The position numbers were made by a program, and so were the translations under genes. A stretch of 64,000 bases of DNA from assembly GCA_040954595.2 (NCBI GenBank), contig CM082594.2:10358296-10422295 (forward strand). Direction: 5' to 3'. Within the stretch, counting starts at the first letter, position 1. Every line of letters starts with the position of its first letter. This document shows positions 23,727-35,300 of this stretch, one piece after another. The notes beneath the pieces were generated by a model. That model was not told the origin of the DNA and searched no databases. It worked only from the letters and a program-made list of their open reading frames with translations. This DNA is from Balanoglossus misakiensis (lineage: Eukaryota > Animalia > Hemichordata).

Positions 23727-26658
23727 CTATGGAAACATTGAAAAAAAAACAAAAGCGAATGTCAAACACAGAAAACTTTATGACCAAGCAGTGTTTATCC
23801 GTATTTAGGATTAGGACAAATAGCCTGTATACTCACAGAAGCCACTCCATTGCAAATAGAACCCCAATATTCTCTATCGGTATCCCGGCTGTGCCTGCGA
23901 TTGTCGCTATGGCAACAAGACTGGTACTGGGTATCCCTGGCAGACACATGGCCAAAGCAGTGGCCATAATTCTGAAATATAAAGGAAGGAATATTACTAT
24001 TAGGTAATGTTCAACACTGTTTGTCGAACTATCTATTGTAATGGGCCATTTTCACGACCCCTATTTGACCTTACATCCTTGTACTTCCGTTGGTATACGG
24101 TTGTCAAAATTCACCAATTTGGGACAAGAAATGTGTAAAATGTTGCTTGAATACGAGTAACTTTTCAAAAATTCAGTACATTTATTGACTATAGCAGCAA
24201 TTTCAGTTTTGTAGAGGTTTTAGTCTACCTGATGGATTCATGCCACCGGAAGTACGAGGATGTAAGGCCATGTGCCTGCGCTTACCCGATACCGACGATA
24301 TTTCCTGCAGTCAATGTAACCCCCTCGGTTTGTGCCAACCATATGCAGCTGCAGGTGATGAACAGGGCCGAACCGTCCTTTTTGAATGATATGCTCAGCG
24401 GAATGACGAAATCATAGACTTTCTCGTTCATGCCGATTCTCTCACATGCCTTCAGAATTTCCACCATCGATGCAATGCTGATGGGAGGACAGAACTGCTC
24501 GTCATTTCTACTTCCGACACGTGAAATACGAAGTTATAATAAAAAGTGCCATAACAGTTACTTTATAGTGAAGAAAGTTATAATCACCGTCTATCATGTT
24601 AAACTTTTCATCTCAGTCTCTGATTCATTTGGTAAACAGTTGTAAACGAAAGCTCGCAAGATCTCGTGGGTTTCGGGAAATGGTCTATTACCTGCTTCTG
24701 ACGATCATTACGAAGAGTCCGGGTCTTAGGGAACCAAGAAAGACAGGTTTGAAAGGATTTTTCCGTGTCATGGCCAGGTAAATCAAGGGAATCGTTATAA
24801 AAGTGTGAATCGCTAATCCTACGATGACAGTAGCGGAAAACAGCCCCAGCGAGATCAAAACTCCCAGTATGTCGTCCACTTTCAAAACCGATCCGGCGAT
24901 CAGACTGATCGTTGCTATTGGCAACAACCTGCCAGATAAGATGAAAGTAACATCCAAAGATTGAAGGCATATTGTCAAGTAAAATACAATAATGCCACAC
25001 ACATATACACGCAATAATTAGTAAATAAAATTGATGCAAAACCTGCATCATCAGTATTTTTTCTCAAAGTAACATACCTACCATAGCAAAATCGTGATGA
25101 TCTTGAAAATGATGATTCTCATGGCGGTGAAGAAGTCCAACATGACAGCTGTCTGCCTGGGCTCCACACTCATCGCCATCCCGAATGCCATGGAAAATAC
25201 CAAAACACCTGTAAATGGGGTAAACACACTTTACACCACAAAAAAGCTGCAGTATTTCCCTGCTGGTAATATTTGCGTGCACCAACAATGTAACTCAGGG
25301 AAATCAGTTCAGTTTATGTAGTGGAAAATGTTGGGAGATCTTAGTCTATCCGCGGACCTCCCTCCCTTCACTTACCCAGGTAGTTGGTTCCCCCGCCGTA
25401 TGCGACTGATTTTGACAACACTTCGATTTGTTCAATGGTAGAGTTGATATTCGTGTCAAAAGTCGTAGTCGTGTTGAGGTCGTACAATGTATACGCCTGT
25501 ATAGAGAGGACAGCGATGTCAGGAATCTTAAAGAGAGACTGCAGTCGTTGATTGTTACAAAGAACACAAAACAACATACATGTATCTATACATTACTTGG
25601 TCAAGTGCGAAAACTTATGTATGATATTGACGTCACAGTCACAGGGTAGATGTAGTGCGAAAATATCCTCCTTACCGTTTGAATACATGCTTTTACAATG
25701 TTATCAGTCAGCAGATTCCTGTGGTCAATAAATCACATCAATATATATCAACTATCAATCAATCAATCAATCAATCGATTGGCAACGTTGACGATGAATT
25801 ATGTAAACATCCTTATTTTCATAATGGACATCTAAAATGATATTCGATTGGGTCTCATATAAGCCCCAAATCCTGAAACTTCCGACAAACCTGAACAGAT
25901 CGGCAAACACGTCCTGGGTTTCGTAGTAGCTGATGCTCCTGGACCCGCTGTCCTCCGACACTTCCTCGAAGGACTTGCCGGGTTTAATGGTAAAGGCCAG
26001 GACCATGCCGACCGCCACGGCCAGGACTATCGAAGTGACCATGTATGCGAATGAGTAGCCGCACATTTTGCTGTTGGTTCTCAGGTCAAGTGCCGCAACA
26101 GCTGAAAAAGGGAACCCAAGTCTATTACAGTCAAATTCTGTGTTAGTGGCCACCTGACCTCTATATAGTGGCCAATTATTTTATTGTGACGCATGATAAA
26201 CATCAGAGAAATTTACCTGCAAAACAACAGGTGTGGATGTTACGTCATCGCGTAATGGCAATGACATCATTGAAATTGTGAGCACTTACCGGTGACAACA
26301 GAAGACACGATGATTGGTAGAATTGCACACTTCAGCGCGCGCATGAAAAGTTCTCCCGGAAAATTGATCCACATAATGGCGTCGTCGGAGGGGTCGAGGG
26401 GCTGCAACAGAAAAGTGTCCAATATTGATTACCATGACAACCTTATAGATACAAAGTAAACGTAGTAAACACCTGGGTTTCGCGTGAATGTCTATGAGTT
26501 GGAGAAAGTTTCGATTCATACCAGTATAATTGGCCATTTACCTTGACTAAGATGGCTATGATGAATCCGATAATGACCCCTCCGAGTGTCAGCAATAACA
26601 GTACGTTATTTTTCAGCCAGTCCTTCAGACATCTCCCTGAACATTCTAATCCACCCAT
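23522..26658 (-). CDS. SLC1/EAAT-family (dicarboxylate/amino acid:cation symporter) transporter, divergent; full gene span, 10 coding exons, 499 aa
   Basis: Exons 26658-26542, 26401-26290, 26101-25891, 25718-25676, 25496-25376, 25208-25082, 24928-24692, 24477-24286, 23971-23837, 23726-23522. All introns are GT-AG with matching phases; total 1500 nt. Family motifs: LLLLTLGGVIIG, FPGELFMRALK..ILPIIVSS, IKPG, DLFRNL..NIVKAC, NYLG, RKNPF, RSS (HP1), FVIP....KKDGSALF, GIP (HP2), EWLLDAMRG. A specific SLC1A orthologue cannot be assigned. Confidence 0.95.
23837..23971 (-). CDS. SLC1 coding exon 9 (HP2-TM8a)
   Basis: tttcag|IMATALAMCLPGIPSTSLVAIATIAGTAGIPIENIGVLFAMEWLL|gtgagt. Confidence 0.92.
24286..24477 (-). 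CDS. SLC1 coding exon 8 (HP1b-TM7)
   Basis: catcag|IASMVEILKACERIGMNEKVYDFVIPLSISFKKDGSALFITCSCIWLAQTEGVTLTAGNIVGIG|gtaagc. Confidence 0.92.
24692..24928 (-). CDS. SLC1 coding exon 7 (TM5-TM6-HP1a)
   Basis: tggcag|LLPIATISLIAG...IYLAMTRKNPFKPVFLGSLRPGLFVMIVRSS|gtaata. Confidence 0.92.
25082..25208 (-). CDS. SLC1 coding exon 6 (TM4c-TM5)
   Basis: ttacag|VLVFSMAFGMAMSVEPRQTAVMLDFFTAMRIIIFKIITILLW|gtaggt. Confidence 0.9.
25376..25496 (-). CDS. SLC1 coding exon 5 (extracellular loop with NxT sequons)
   Basis: atacag|AYTLYDLNTTTTFDTNINSTIEQIEVLSKSVAYGGGTNYLG|gtaagt. Confidence 0.88.
25676..25718 (-). CDS. SLC1 coding exon 4
   Basis: ccacag|(R)NLLTDNIVKACIQT|gtaagg; 43 nt, reconciles the phase between exons 3 and 5. 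Confidence 0.9.
25891..26101 (-). CDS. SLC1 coding exon 3 (TM3)
   Basis: tttcag|VAALDLRTNSKMCGYSFAYMVTSIVLAVAVGMVLAFTIKPG...DVFADLFR|gtttgt. Confidence 0.93.
26290..26401 (-). CDS. SLC1 coding exon 2 (TM2)
   Basis: ttgcag|PLDPSDDAIMWINFPGELFMRALKCAILPIIVSSVVT|gtaagt. Confidence 0.93.
26542..26658 (-). CDS. SLC1 coding exon 1 (TM1)
   Basis: MGGLECSGRCLKDWLKNNVLLLLTLGGVIIGFIIAILVK; donor AAG|gtaaat; the exon has its own acceptor at 26673. Confidence 0.9.
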
Positions 26659-29206
26659 TATGCAGATTACAATCTGTTAACAGTAAAACAACGAAAAAAA
26701 ATTAAAAACTAGAGTAGACAATAGACAATATTGTTATGCCGTTCAAAATTTTGCAAGGTGACCCATCTTTTTATTTTCAATTTTAAGAGAAAGTTATCTT
26801 AAGTTTCCTTTGATTTTCTAGGCGCATCATGTGCACGTTCACAAAAGTTACTCTACAGTGACAAATAATATTAGCAGGATAAAAGAAGAAATTCGAAAAG
26901 TTCAAAAAATGTGAACCCTTCTATAAAAGGAGTCTTGAAGGCGGAAACACGATACGGATACGAAAGTCTATTTGTCAGCACATGTACATGATAAACTGTA
27001 TGTAGGTCATACTGAAACACCACACAATCTAAACGGAGCGGCTGTTCGAGGCGTCACCCTGGACGCTCAGGCTGTTTTAGTCCGATCACACCCCTATAAC
27101 ACGGATTCATTCATATACCAGATGGATATTTACACATACACATCCATAGACAGGAAATTATATAGATATTCCTTAACACAAATCCATATACTTTCCATAT
27201 ACTTTTTTTTAGCAAAGGTGACTTACCGAAGTATATATCCTTCTCTGCTTTGATTAGGACACTTCTTTGCAAAGACGACTATTGACAGAGAGTGACAAGT
27301 GGTTATCTGAAACAAATACCAATATGCAAAACGTTTTAACGAGAGTAACCCTTAACCTTAAGTGACCGCTATTAACTGGGGGTGAATTCTGTTTGCAGAA
27401 TTATTAGCGTGATTTTGATGACGTCATTTCAGCTCACGTGCTGTCCGACGTGTGTCTGTTAACGCGAGTTTACTTTTGACTTTCGTCCAAATCGCCAAAA
27501 CACAGTGAGTGGCCCAGTGGAGATCAAAACAAAACACTTCTGCTTATTTTGACCGTTCAACAAAAAGCGAAAGGCCAACTCGGGAAAATATCGTGAGGTC
27601 AATTTTTGGCCCTGGTCCCGCTTTAACAGCTCGTGTTTAAATACCTTTTAAAGATAAGTAGACGGGTTCCCGGTGCAGACTGCTGAATTGTTTCTTATGT
27701 ATGGATGAAGTGCACAATGAGAGCCAATAGGAAATTGTATAGTGGGGAAAATGTGAATATTGTATTATATTACAATAAGGACAACGCGGATATTCTTTAG
27801 TTCCACACAGGGTTAACGTAATTCTGTTTGGAAGTTGATAATAGGTGTTGACAAAATGTGAGATCTGATAACAAGCAATGATATGCCGCCATACAGAAGC
27901 AGCCATCTTGGCTTCTACTTTCAGACTGTACCGTTATACACAACATTAAAACACCTGTACGTGAACAAGACAGCGAAAACGTGAACTTGTTGAACCACCC
28001 ACAGGTTTACTGTTGACGACTCCATCTCAATGCGTCTCGTTCCACTTTATGATTCGATAAGCTACTTCTTCAAACACTTTTAACTGGAATCCTAAATCAC
28101 ACTCCGCCATCAAAACAAACTTAAATGCGCTTTTGCTTGATGTCAAGCATTAATCAAGTGAGGTGCGTGCGTGTGCGCATCAGGAAGACAAATGTGAAAC
28201 TCACCTTAGTAGGAGAGGGTGAAGTCCGGATGAATAGTTTTTACAGAATCACCGCAAACTAAAAGGAGTATATCGAGGTGTAGGCCTGAGCTTCCTACAA
28301 AACTAAACAAACCCCAACGGGAAAACGCCCACTACTTATCGAATTCATAAAGGCTAATGAACTTTGCACTTTACTCGTTATCGGCACCAATCGTGTGGTA
28401 TACCATATCCGACCTTGCACTATCGGTTGGTAGAACCAGTATCATAAACCAGTCACGATATCGTCTCAAGGAGATCCCGCGGCGATATTGGTATAAATGT
28501 CTTCCATTGAAACGAACAGTAAATATTTGTAGGTCAAATACTGCCATCAAAATGAAGATATCTATACCAAAGTTGTGACAGAAAAGTGAGTTGAGTGGAT
28601 GGGGTGCGGTCGGTCGTTTCAGCCAGCGGCCTTGAGGAGCGACTTCACTTGCAGTAATATTACAAGCAATTTACAACAACCAAACGTGTACAGAACGAAC
28701 AAAACTAAAAAGCAACACAGAAAACTGTGTTCACCGTCTTGTATTAAACCAAAACTACATTAACTTTTCTCCATAGAGTTAACACAGCATAGAGTATCTA
28801 TGTATGAAGTAAATCCTACACAAGTTAGTGAGAATTAAAAAGACAACGCTATTACTTAGATCTTGTCTGATAAATTGCACTAAATACAAATTTTACTTAC
28901 ATCTTGGACAAACATGACAGTGTGTTACAATCAATGATATACATTGTAGTTGTATTGGCTGATTAAAATCAGATTACATGCATATCAGGCACTATATACA
29001 GGGAGGGATAAAATACAATAGTTTCACATAAACGTGGCCTCCTGGCGCCTTTAGAAGGCGACTTTCGTAAGGCCGTGTCACAAAATTCTCAAATGTCAGT
29101 GCTGCTCTCGTATAATAAATTTTCGGACGGAAATTTTGATAGGACTATGATTCTGTGTTCAGTGACATCCTCTGCATGTATTGGTGTGTGTACGTCTCAA
29201 GGTTTC

Positions 29207-29350
29207 TCAAGTTGTTGTTGCGCTGATTGTAGTGACTTTGGTGTTTGTGGTGGATGTTTCTTGCCAAGCAGAACGTCGGTTTGCAGTTGATTTGGTCGTT
29301 TCATCATATGACACTGGTCCTCCAAACCGCTTACGGTATGCAGACCTTAC
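29207..29350 (-). CDS. aGPCR exon 20 (helix 8 + Ser/Thr-rich C-tail)
   Basis: acacag|[22 protein letters not shown]...[11 protein letters not shown]. Confidence 0.85.
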   Translation of the reverse strand, partial: VRSAYRKRFGGPVSYDETTKSTANRRSAWQETSTTNTKVTTISATTT

Positions 29351-32300
29351 CTGTGTTAGAGTATGATGTATACATGATGGATTCAGTGACACCATAGAAT
29401 AGTGTTGGTGGCGGTGGTGGTGGTGATTGTAAGTGTGTCGGTAGTGCCTAAGTGGTACATGTTTGCGCCATGTGCATTGTATTTGATACTGACAATGAAT
29501 ATCACACTATTGGTCAGCTACAGGAATGACGCTTACAACCTTAAACATGGCCGAACTGTGGCATTATGGCGTGATTGGTCTTCGTCGTCATGGGAAGTTT
29601 TGTGGAGATGGAATGAACTTTGACCCACCTCCTCGTTCAAGCAGCAGTGGAACAAGAAGATGAAGAACCCTTGCAGGGAGTTGGCGATGGCGAACAGATA
29701 CTGGAAGTACAGGGCAGCCTCGTTCACAGAGAATAAACCAAACAGCCACGTCAGGCCCAGCAGTGGGACGAGGATCACACCAGCGCGCAGACCAGCTCTG
29801 TAAAGACACAGACTCTAATAAATCATGACGTCATAAGTTCTAGCAATCATGTGAACGTCCTTTCATATCTGCAAAACAAACTTACAAGTCACGAGACTAT
29901 TATATATTCTTCGTACCCTACTTTGCATACCTGATTTTGTCCATGTCACTTTTCTTTGCGTTGGCCTTTACGCCCATGAAGGCTCTGAGGACCAAGATTA
30001 GCACGATGATATTCACCTACAGAAACATAAGAGGATATAAATTGTAAGAACCATAGTCACTGATAACTACATGTATGTGAAGTTCATGGTATTTAGAAGA
30101 GAAAGCATACTATTTACTGGTATACAAAACTGAACATTAGTGTGATCTTCAGCTGTTCAATGCAAATATTCTTTACAATTACTGTAACTTGGACCAATGC
30201 ACAGAATACATGTCAATTGACGAACCAACCGAGCAGACAGACATAAATGCAGGCAGGCACGCACTGAGACAGACACTTGGACAGATAAGCAGGCAAAAAG
30301 AAATCAATCTTTATGTTCTCACCAGAACAACTGTCATTGCAGGAACAATAAATGCAGCCGGCAATCCATCATTCATCGATAACCAACAGCTGTAAAGCAG
30401 AAAAAACTGTGTCAAAATGGTCAGACTGGTTTTACATTGTGGTCGCTTTGAATCATGACTGGGAAGAACAGTTTGAGAAAGTGAAAATCTTGCATTTTTC
30501 TCTCAGAATGTGAGTTTTTAAACCTCCATGTGGTCTACTTCTCAGTGTTTGGAAAACAGACCCGTGGCTGTGTTTATCGAGGTCATCAAAGAAAGACAGA
30601 CCTGGATTCTGGTTTTGGCGAAACTAAAGGTCACAACAACCTTTTGAGGGTGTCTTTTATTACCAAATTGACTGTTCAGCCATTTGGCAAACATGTAATA
30701 GTTTTTATAACACTCCAACCTCTATAATTGTTGACACCCATTTGTGTCTTAAGTAGATGCATGCTCGTAAATTATCCCCTTCTGGTTATTTCTGCATGAG
30801 ATCAAAGAGACCCATGTTTGCAAAGTGTCGTAAATATTTACATGCAAAAATCAAGTCCATAATACCTCTTTATTACACTCTGTTATACTTAACCGTTAGT
30901 ATTTTTTATTATCTAATGAGGCTACTGTGTCTCTAATGTTCTTTATAAAAAGTCATTGTTATTCACGAAAATTGCCGCAGGAGAGTTACATGGGGGTGCT
31001 TGGCCAGACGCGGTTTTTGCATTTTTTAAATAAAGCGCCCTCACCGGGAGGTTCAAACGAAAGCAACACCTGATACTCACTAGTCCTGGTTGCCATAGTG
31101 ATCCCACTTGATTCCCGCTGACACGGCCACAATGGGGAGTGGAATGCCCCATCCGAGGGCGCACAGATACACTAGTTTCCGGCTGCTGATGAAAATCGCC
31201 CTGGCTTTGATGAACAAGTGGATTCCTTGCGCCAACATCCAGGAGAAGGCAGCTAAGAACAGATAGTGCAGCAACACCGCCACGAACATACAAACATACT
31301 GGTGGCAAGGATAGAAATAATAGTGCCAGTGACACATTGCTCCCATTTTGACTAGCGTTGACAAATATGTGTACAATGTACAATGAGATGTGGAGTTTGA
31401 GTATCTAGTAGGACTCGAATCAAAGTAGGGAAATCTTAAGAAGAATATTTGCAAACCAAATTTGAATACATGCATACATACTGCTAAGAAATAGCAGATT
31501 TGTAAACGAGAGATATTGTCAAAATCTAGTGTGAATAAAATTATCATTGATGTTCAAATACCAACCCTGTTCTTTGTTGCACTGATGCCAACAATGAATG
31601 TTAGCTGTGCCAGTAAGATGGCCATTATGGTATTCTGGAGAATAAGTACACGATCTGAAGCCAGTCTAAATAGATAAAACAAAAACAAGATAATAAGTTA
31701 AGTGTGTCGTTGTTATTGATGATGATGAAAATGATAGTGGTGGTGGTGGCGGTAGTGAATCTGTGTTATAACATACATTGTAACAACGACACTGTACTCT
31801 TTGATCTAAAACCCACCTGAAGAAGATCAACGTGGCAAAAGTTGTGAACAGGCAGACCACAGATATACTGCATCCTGCGTAGGTAATTATGCTCAGAGCT
31901 TGTTTGTGAGCGTCTGACAACTGTGTATGAAAATAGTCAATGTAAGTAAGGTTCAATGTAACACAAACAACAGAAAGATATACGAAAAACATCAAAATCA
32001 AAATTCCTAAAGGGATTCTAGCCTAAAATTTCACGTCTAACGTACAGCATCTTACCTCTACTGCTGTCGGTTGCATCAGGACAGCAAAGCTGGTCAGATG
32101 ATTACATTTGCATATCGTCTGATTCGCTGAGTATTCAACCGTTCGACAGCCCTCAGTCGCCCAGACGCTGCAATGTTTAATCAGAAATAAGAGATCAAAA
32201 GCTTTTAATTAACTTCCGTTTTCAAACAACTTGTACAGAGCCACTTATGTAATCACTTTCAGCAAGCAGAGTTGATGCGTTCGTGCATTGGAATGAAGAA

Positions 32301-35300
32301 TTTTAACCTGTGCGTGATTTCATGCAAAAACCGCTGATGTTGAGGCGTCGATATTTATCCGAAATCAAGACTTTCAATTATACGCAATAAACACGCATTT
32401 GATTTCTTCTCGCAGTGATGCAATAAAGAGACTGGAAATTAACCGAAATCATTCGTGCACACGCATAATTGACTTTAGTATTAAACAGCTTATATTAATG
32501 TGTTAGTCAACAACGGAAAGAAAATGAAGTGCGGGCGGGTATCCGTCTTGGCTTTGCATTACGTATTGTCCCCTAGGTGGCGCTGTTCAACATCTGCTCA
32601 CCTTGATGCCAAATCCACAGGTGTTGTGAGTGATAGCACGGTCTCGTCGAGATAAACACACTTGGAATAGTTCACGGCCTGAAAAAGGAGAAAGACAACC
32701 TGACTTGTCAGAGATTCCTTTCAGCTTTCATAAATCGTGCTCACCTTTCTGGTGTTTGCGACCGCGTCTTGACGGAAGATCAATCGAAACTCGCAACCGG
32801 GTCGCGCGGTTGTCATGGGCACCACCATCATCATACATATATTCTGATTATATGTGGTGTGACTGAACCAAATTACAAACATTTTAAGGCTTCAGTTGAT
32901 GTCAATGTGTCGCCTTGCAAGGTTCAGAAATGAAAAACCAAAACACCTAGAATACTTTACAATATTACAGTCAACTATTTGACGTGTTAATCTTGATCAG
33001 ACTGGCTGTAAGACATATTACTATTGACTCTGATGAACTAAAATTTCTTTTCCTGTCCGTAGGAAACTAGTATATGATGTCTTCGCAACATTAATAATGA
33101 CAGTCAGTGCAATCACTGTGGAAGATTAGGCATTGGTGCAAAAGCATACATTTCAATCAGAAACGTCTGGGGGGAAACTAAGCTAAGCCTTGTAAAGATT
33201 GCGTAAGACAAATCCGTAAAATTTCATTTTCGGGCTGATTGCTACAGTAAATAAGAATATGTGGTCTCTGTTTCTGGTTATGGTCTCATGACAACACCCG
33301 TCTTTGATTTACAGCCCAAAAAATCACTTTCTATTTTGCAAACTTTAATTTTGTCCAACGTACAAAAATACCGCTCATGTGTGTACTCACCGAATTGTGC
33401 CGAAAGACGATTTCAACTTCGGTGGGAATCGGTGCCTGGGGCTTCGGAAAGACCGAGCATGAAATTATCTTGGATACAATTGGTTCCAACCTGTGGAATT
33501 TTCAAAGAAATTGATTATTGGAACGCTCTTTTCTGCCTGTCTGTCCATCTGTCTGTCAGTCTGTCTGCGGAACTTTCCTCTGACAAAACTTCAGACAAAA
33601 GAACCTGTTTAACTATAATGCTAGGTGTATATACGCTGAGGTAAGAAACCAATGATGGTGACAACCTGTGAAATCCATAAGAGAATGTTGCCGGCGTACA
33701 TGTGGTCCATTATGCTGCAATTTGTGGATAAGGTCAGAGCTAATCTGGCATGTTTAATTTAAAGCGAAAACTTGGCGAAAATCACACTTCAAAGTAATTG
33801 CAAGAAAACAACAGTGGCGCTTCGCTCGGCTATTTCGCGTGTCGATGCTCTAATTTCAGGCATTACCGCTGCCATTTTTTTTCAAATCTGCCGAGAGGCA
33901 ATCTTGTTTAGGGCTGTTAATCTCAAAGGGGCTAATTTCAGCGGTAATGCATGGCGAGAGCCTGTCCGAGTTTAGATGTGTTAAATTTCTTCAAATTCAT
34001 CATGGCTGTTACTAAGCGAGACGACGCAGTGTTGATGTCGACAAGTTGAATGTTCCTCTGGCCGCTACAAAGAAGAACAAGAAATGGAGACTGTTTGTCT
34101 GTGCTGTAGACTTTTCAGTCTATGTAAGCTAAAAAAACCCCGATAGAATCTTGACATTCGCACATGCGCTTTTTGGTCATTGTTTCTCTGGTGAAAGCTG
34201 TGCAAAGACATGTATATAGACAGTAAACAGTGAATTCATACATAATATACTGCCACTGACTATGACAGTGGCTGCGACAGTCAACAGCGATGTCTTAAAA
34301 TACTAGTAGGCCTTAGTCAAAGAATCGAACGTGCGTGACAGCTACTGTTCCTTTTCCGCCGAAGAATATAATGAGAGAAACGCGCCAATCACGCAGCACA
34401 AAAAGCAACAACCAAAAAGGTCATCACCATCATCTGTGAATCGGATTGTAACTGTCTTTTAATACGAAAGCGCGTAGTCCTGTAACTTGCCGACTGGATC
34501 GAAAGATAATCCAATACGCGCGTGTCTCTGAATTACGTCGCGCAAAAGAAGTTATAAATTGAAAATTCGAAACCTTTGATGTAAACAATCTACGTCAAAG
34601 ATTCTCAACAGTCGAGCAGCGTTTTCAGACACTGCTGCATCATTACAACTTCAAAGAGTGACACGCAATGACTTTTTACATTTACAGTTGCATTCTATTT
34701 TTACGCGCATTACTTGGTTTTCCTCGAGTTAATAATTCTTTTTATTGTTTTAGCCGATACGCTGAATAATTTATGTTTCATGCTCGCATTTATGGGTATT
34801 CTGTAAAGTTCATGGTCCCTTGTCTTCAATAGGAGAACAAACATTGCCACTGTGAAATTATGAAGGGTTTCCTAAAGACCGCAAGAAATATTGAGGTGGT
34901 GACGGATGCACAAAACAATTGCTAATAATTCACAGCTATTAAATAAAGGAATTGGCATCAGGTGTTTTTATGTTATTATTTGACCAGTCATTAGAGGTAA
35001 TACAAGACGGGAGATGAAGTTAATGCTCATATCAAGCTATGTTGCACAAACTAATATCATGCGACTCAGAGTTCATTTTATTACTTGCGGTTCACCTTTA
35101 CGAGTCAATGAATTCCGAGTGGAAAAAAACATTGCTCTCAATGACAATATCGTCTGATCAGCACAATTCGCAATGCTCGCGTCAAAAATATGATTTATGT
35201 TTGGCCTGTTTACTTCCATGGCAGCAAACAAGGGCCTTCCTTAGTGGTTATAGTGCCCAACAAAGAATATAGTGAGAAACGAAATCTATCTCTCAGTACA

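Noticed and set aside
25497-25577. In-frame upstream extension (SLFKIPDIAVLSIQ) of SLC1 exon 5
   Set aside because: The 43-nt exon 25718-25676 supplies the homologous NL..NIV.AC segment, and the 25496 acceptor has the better pyrimidine tract
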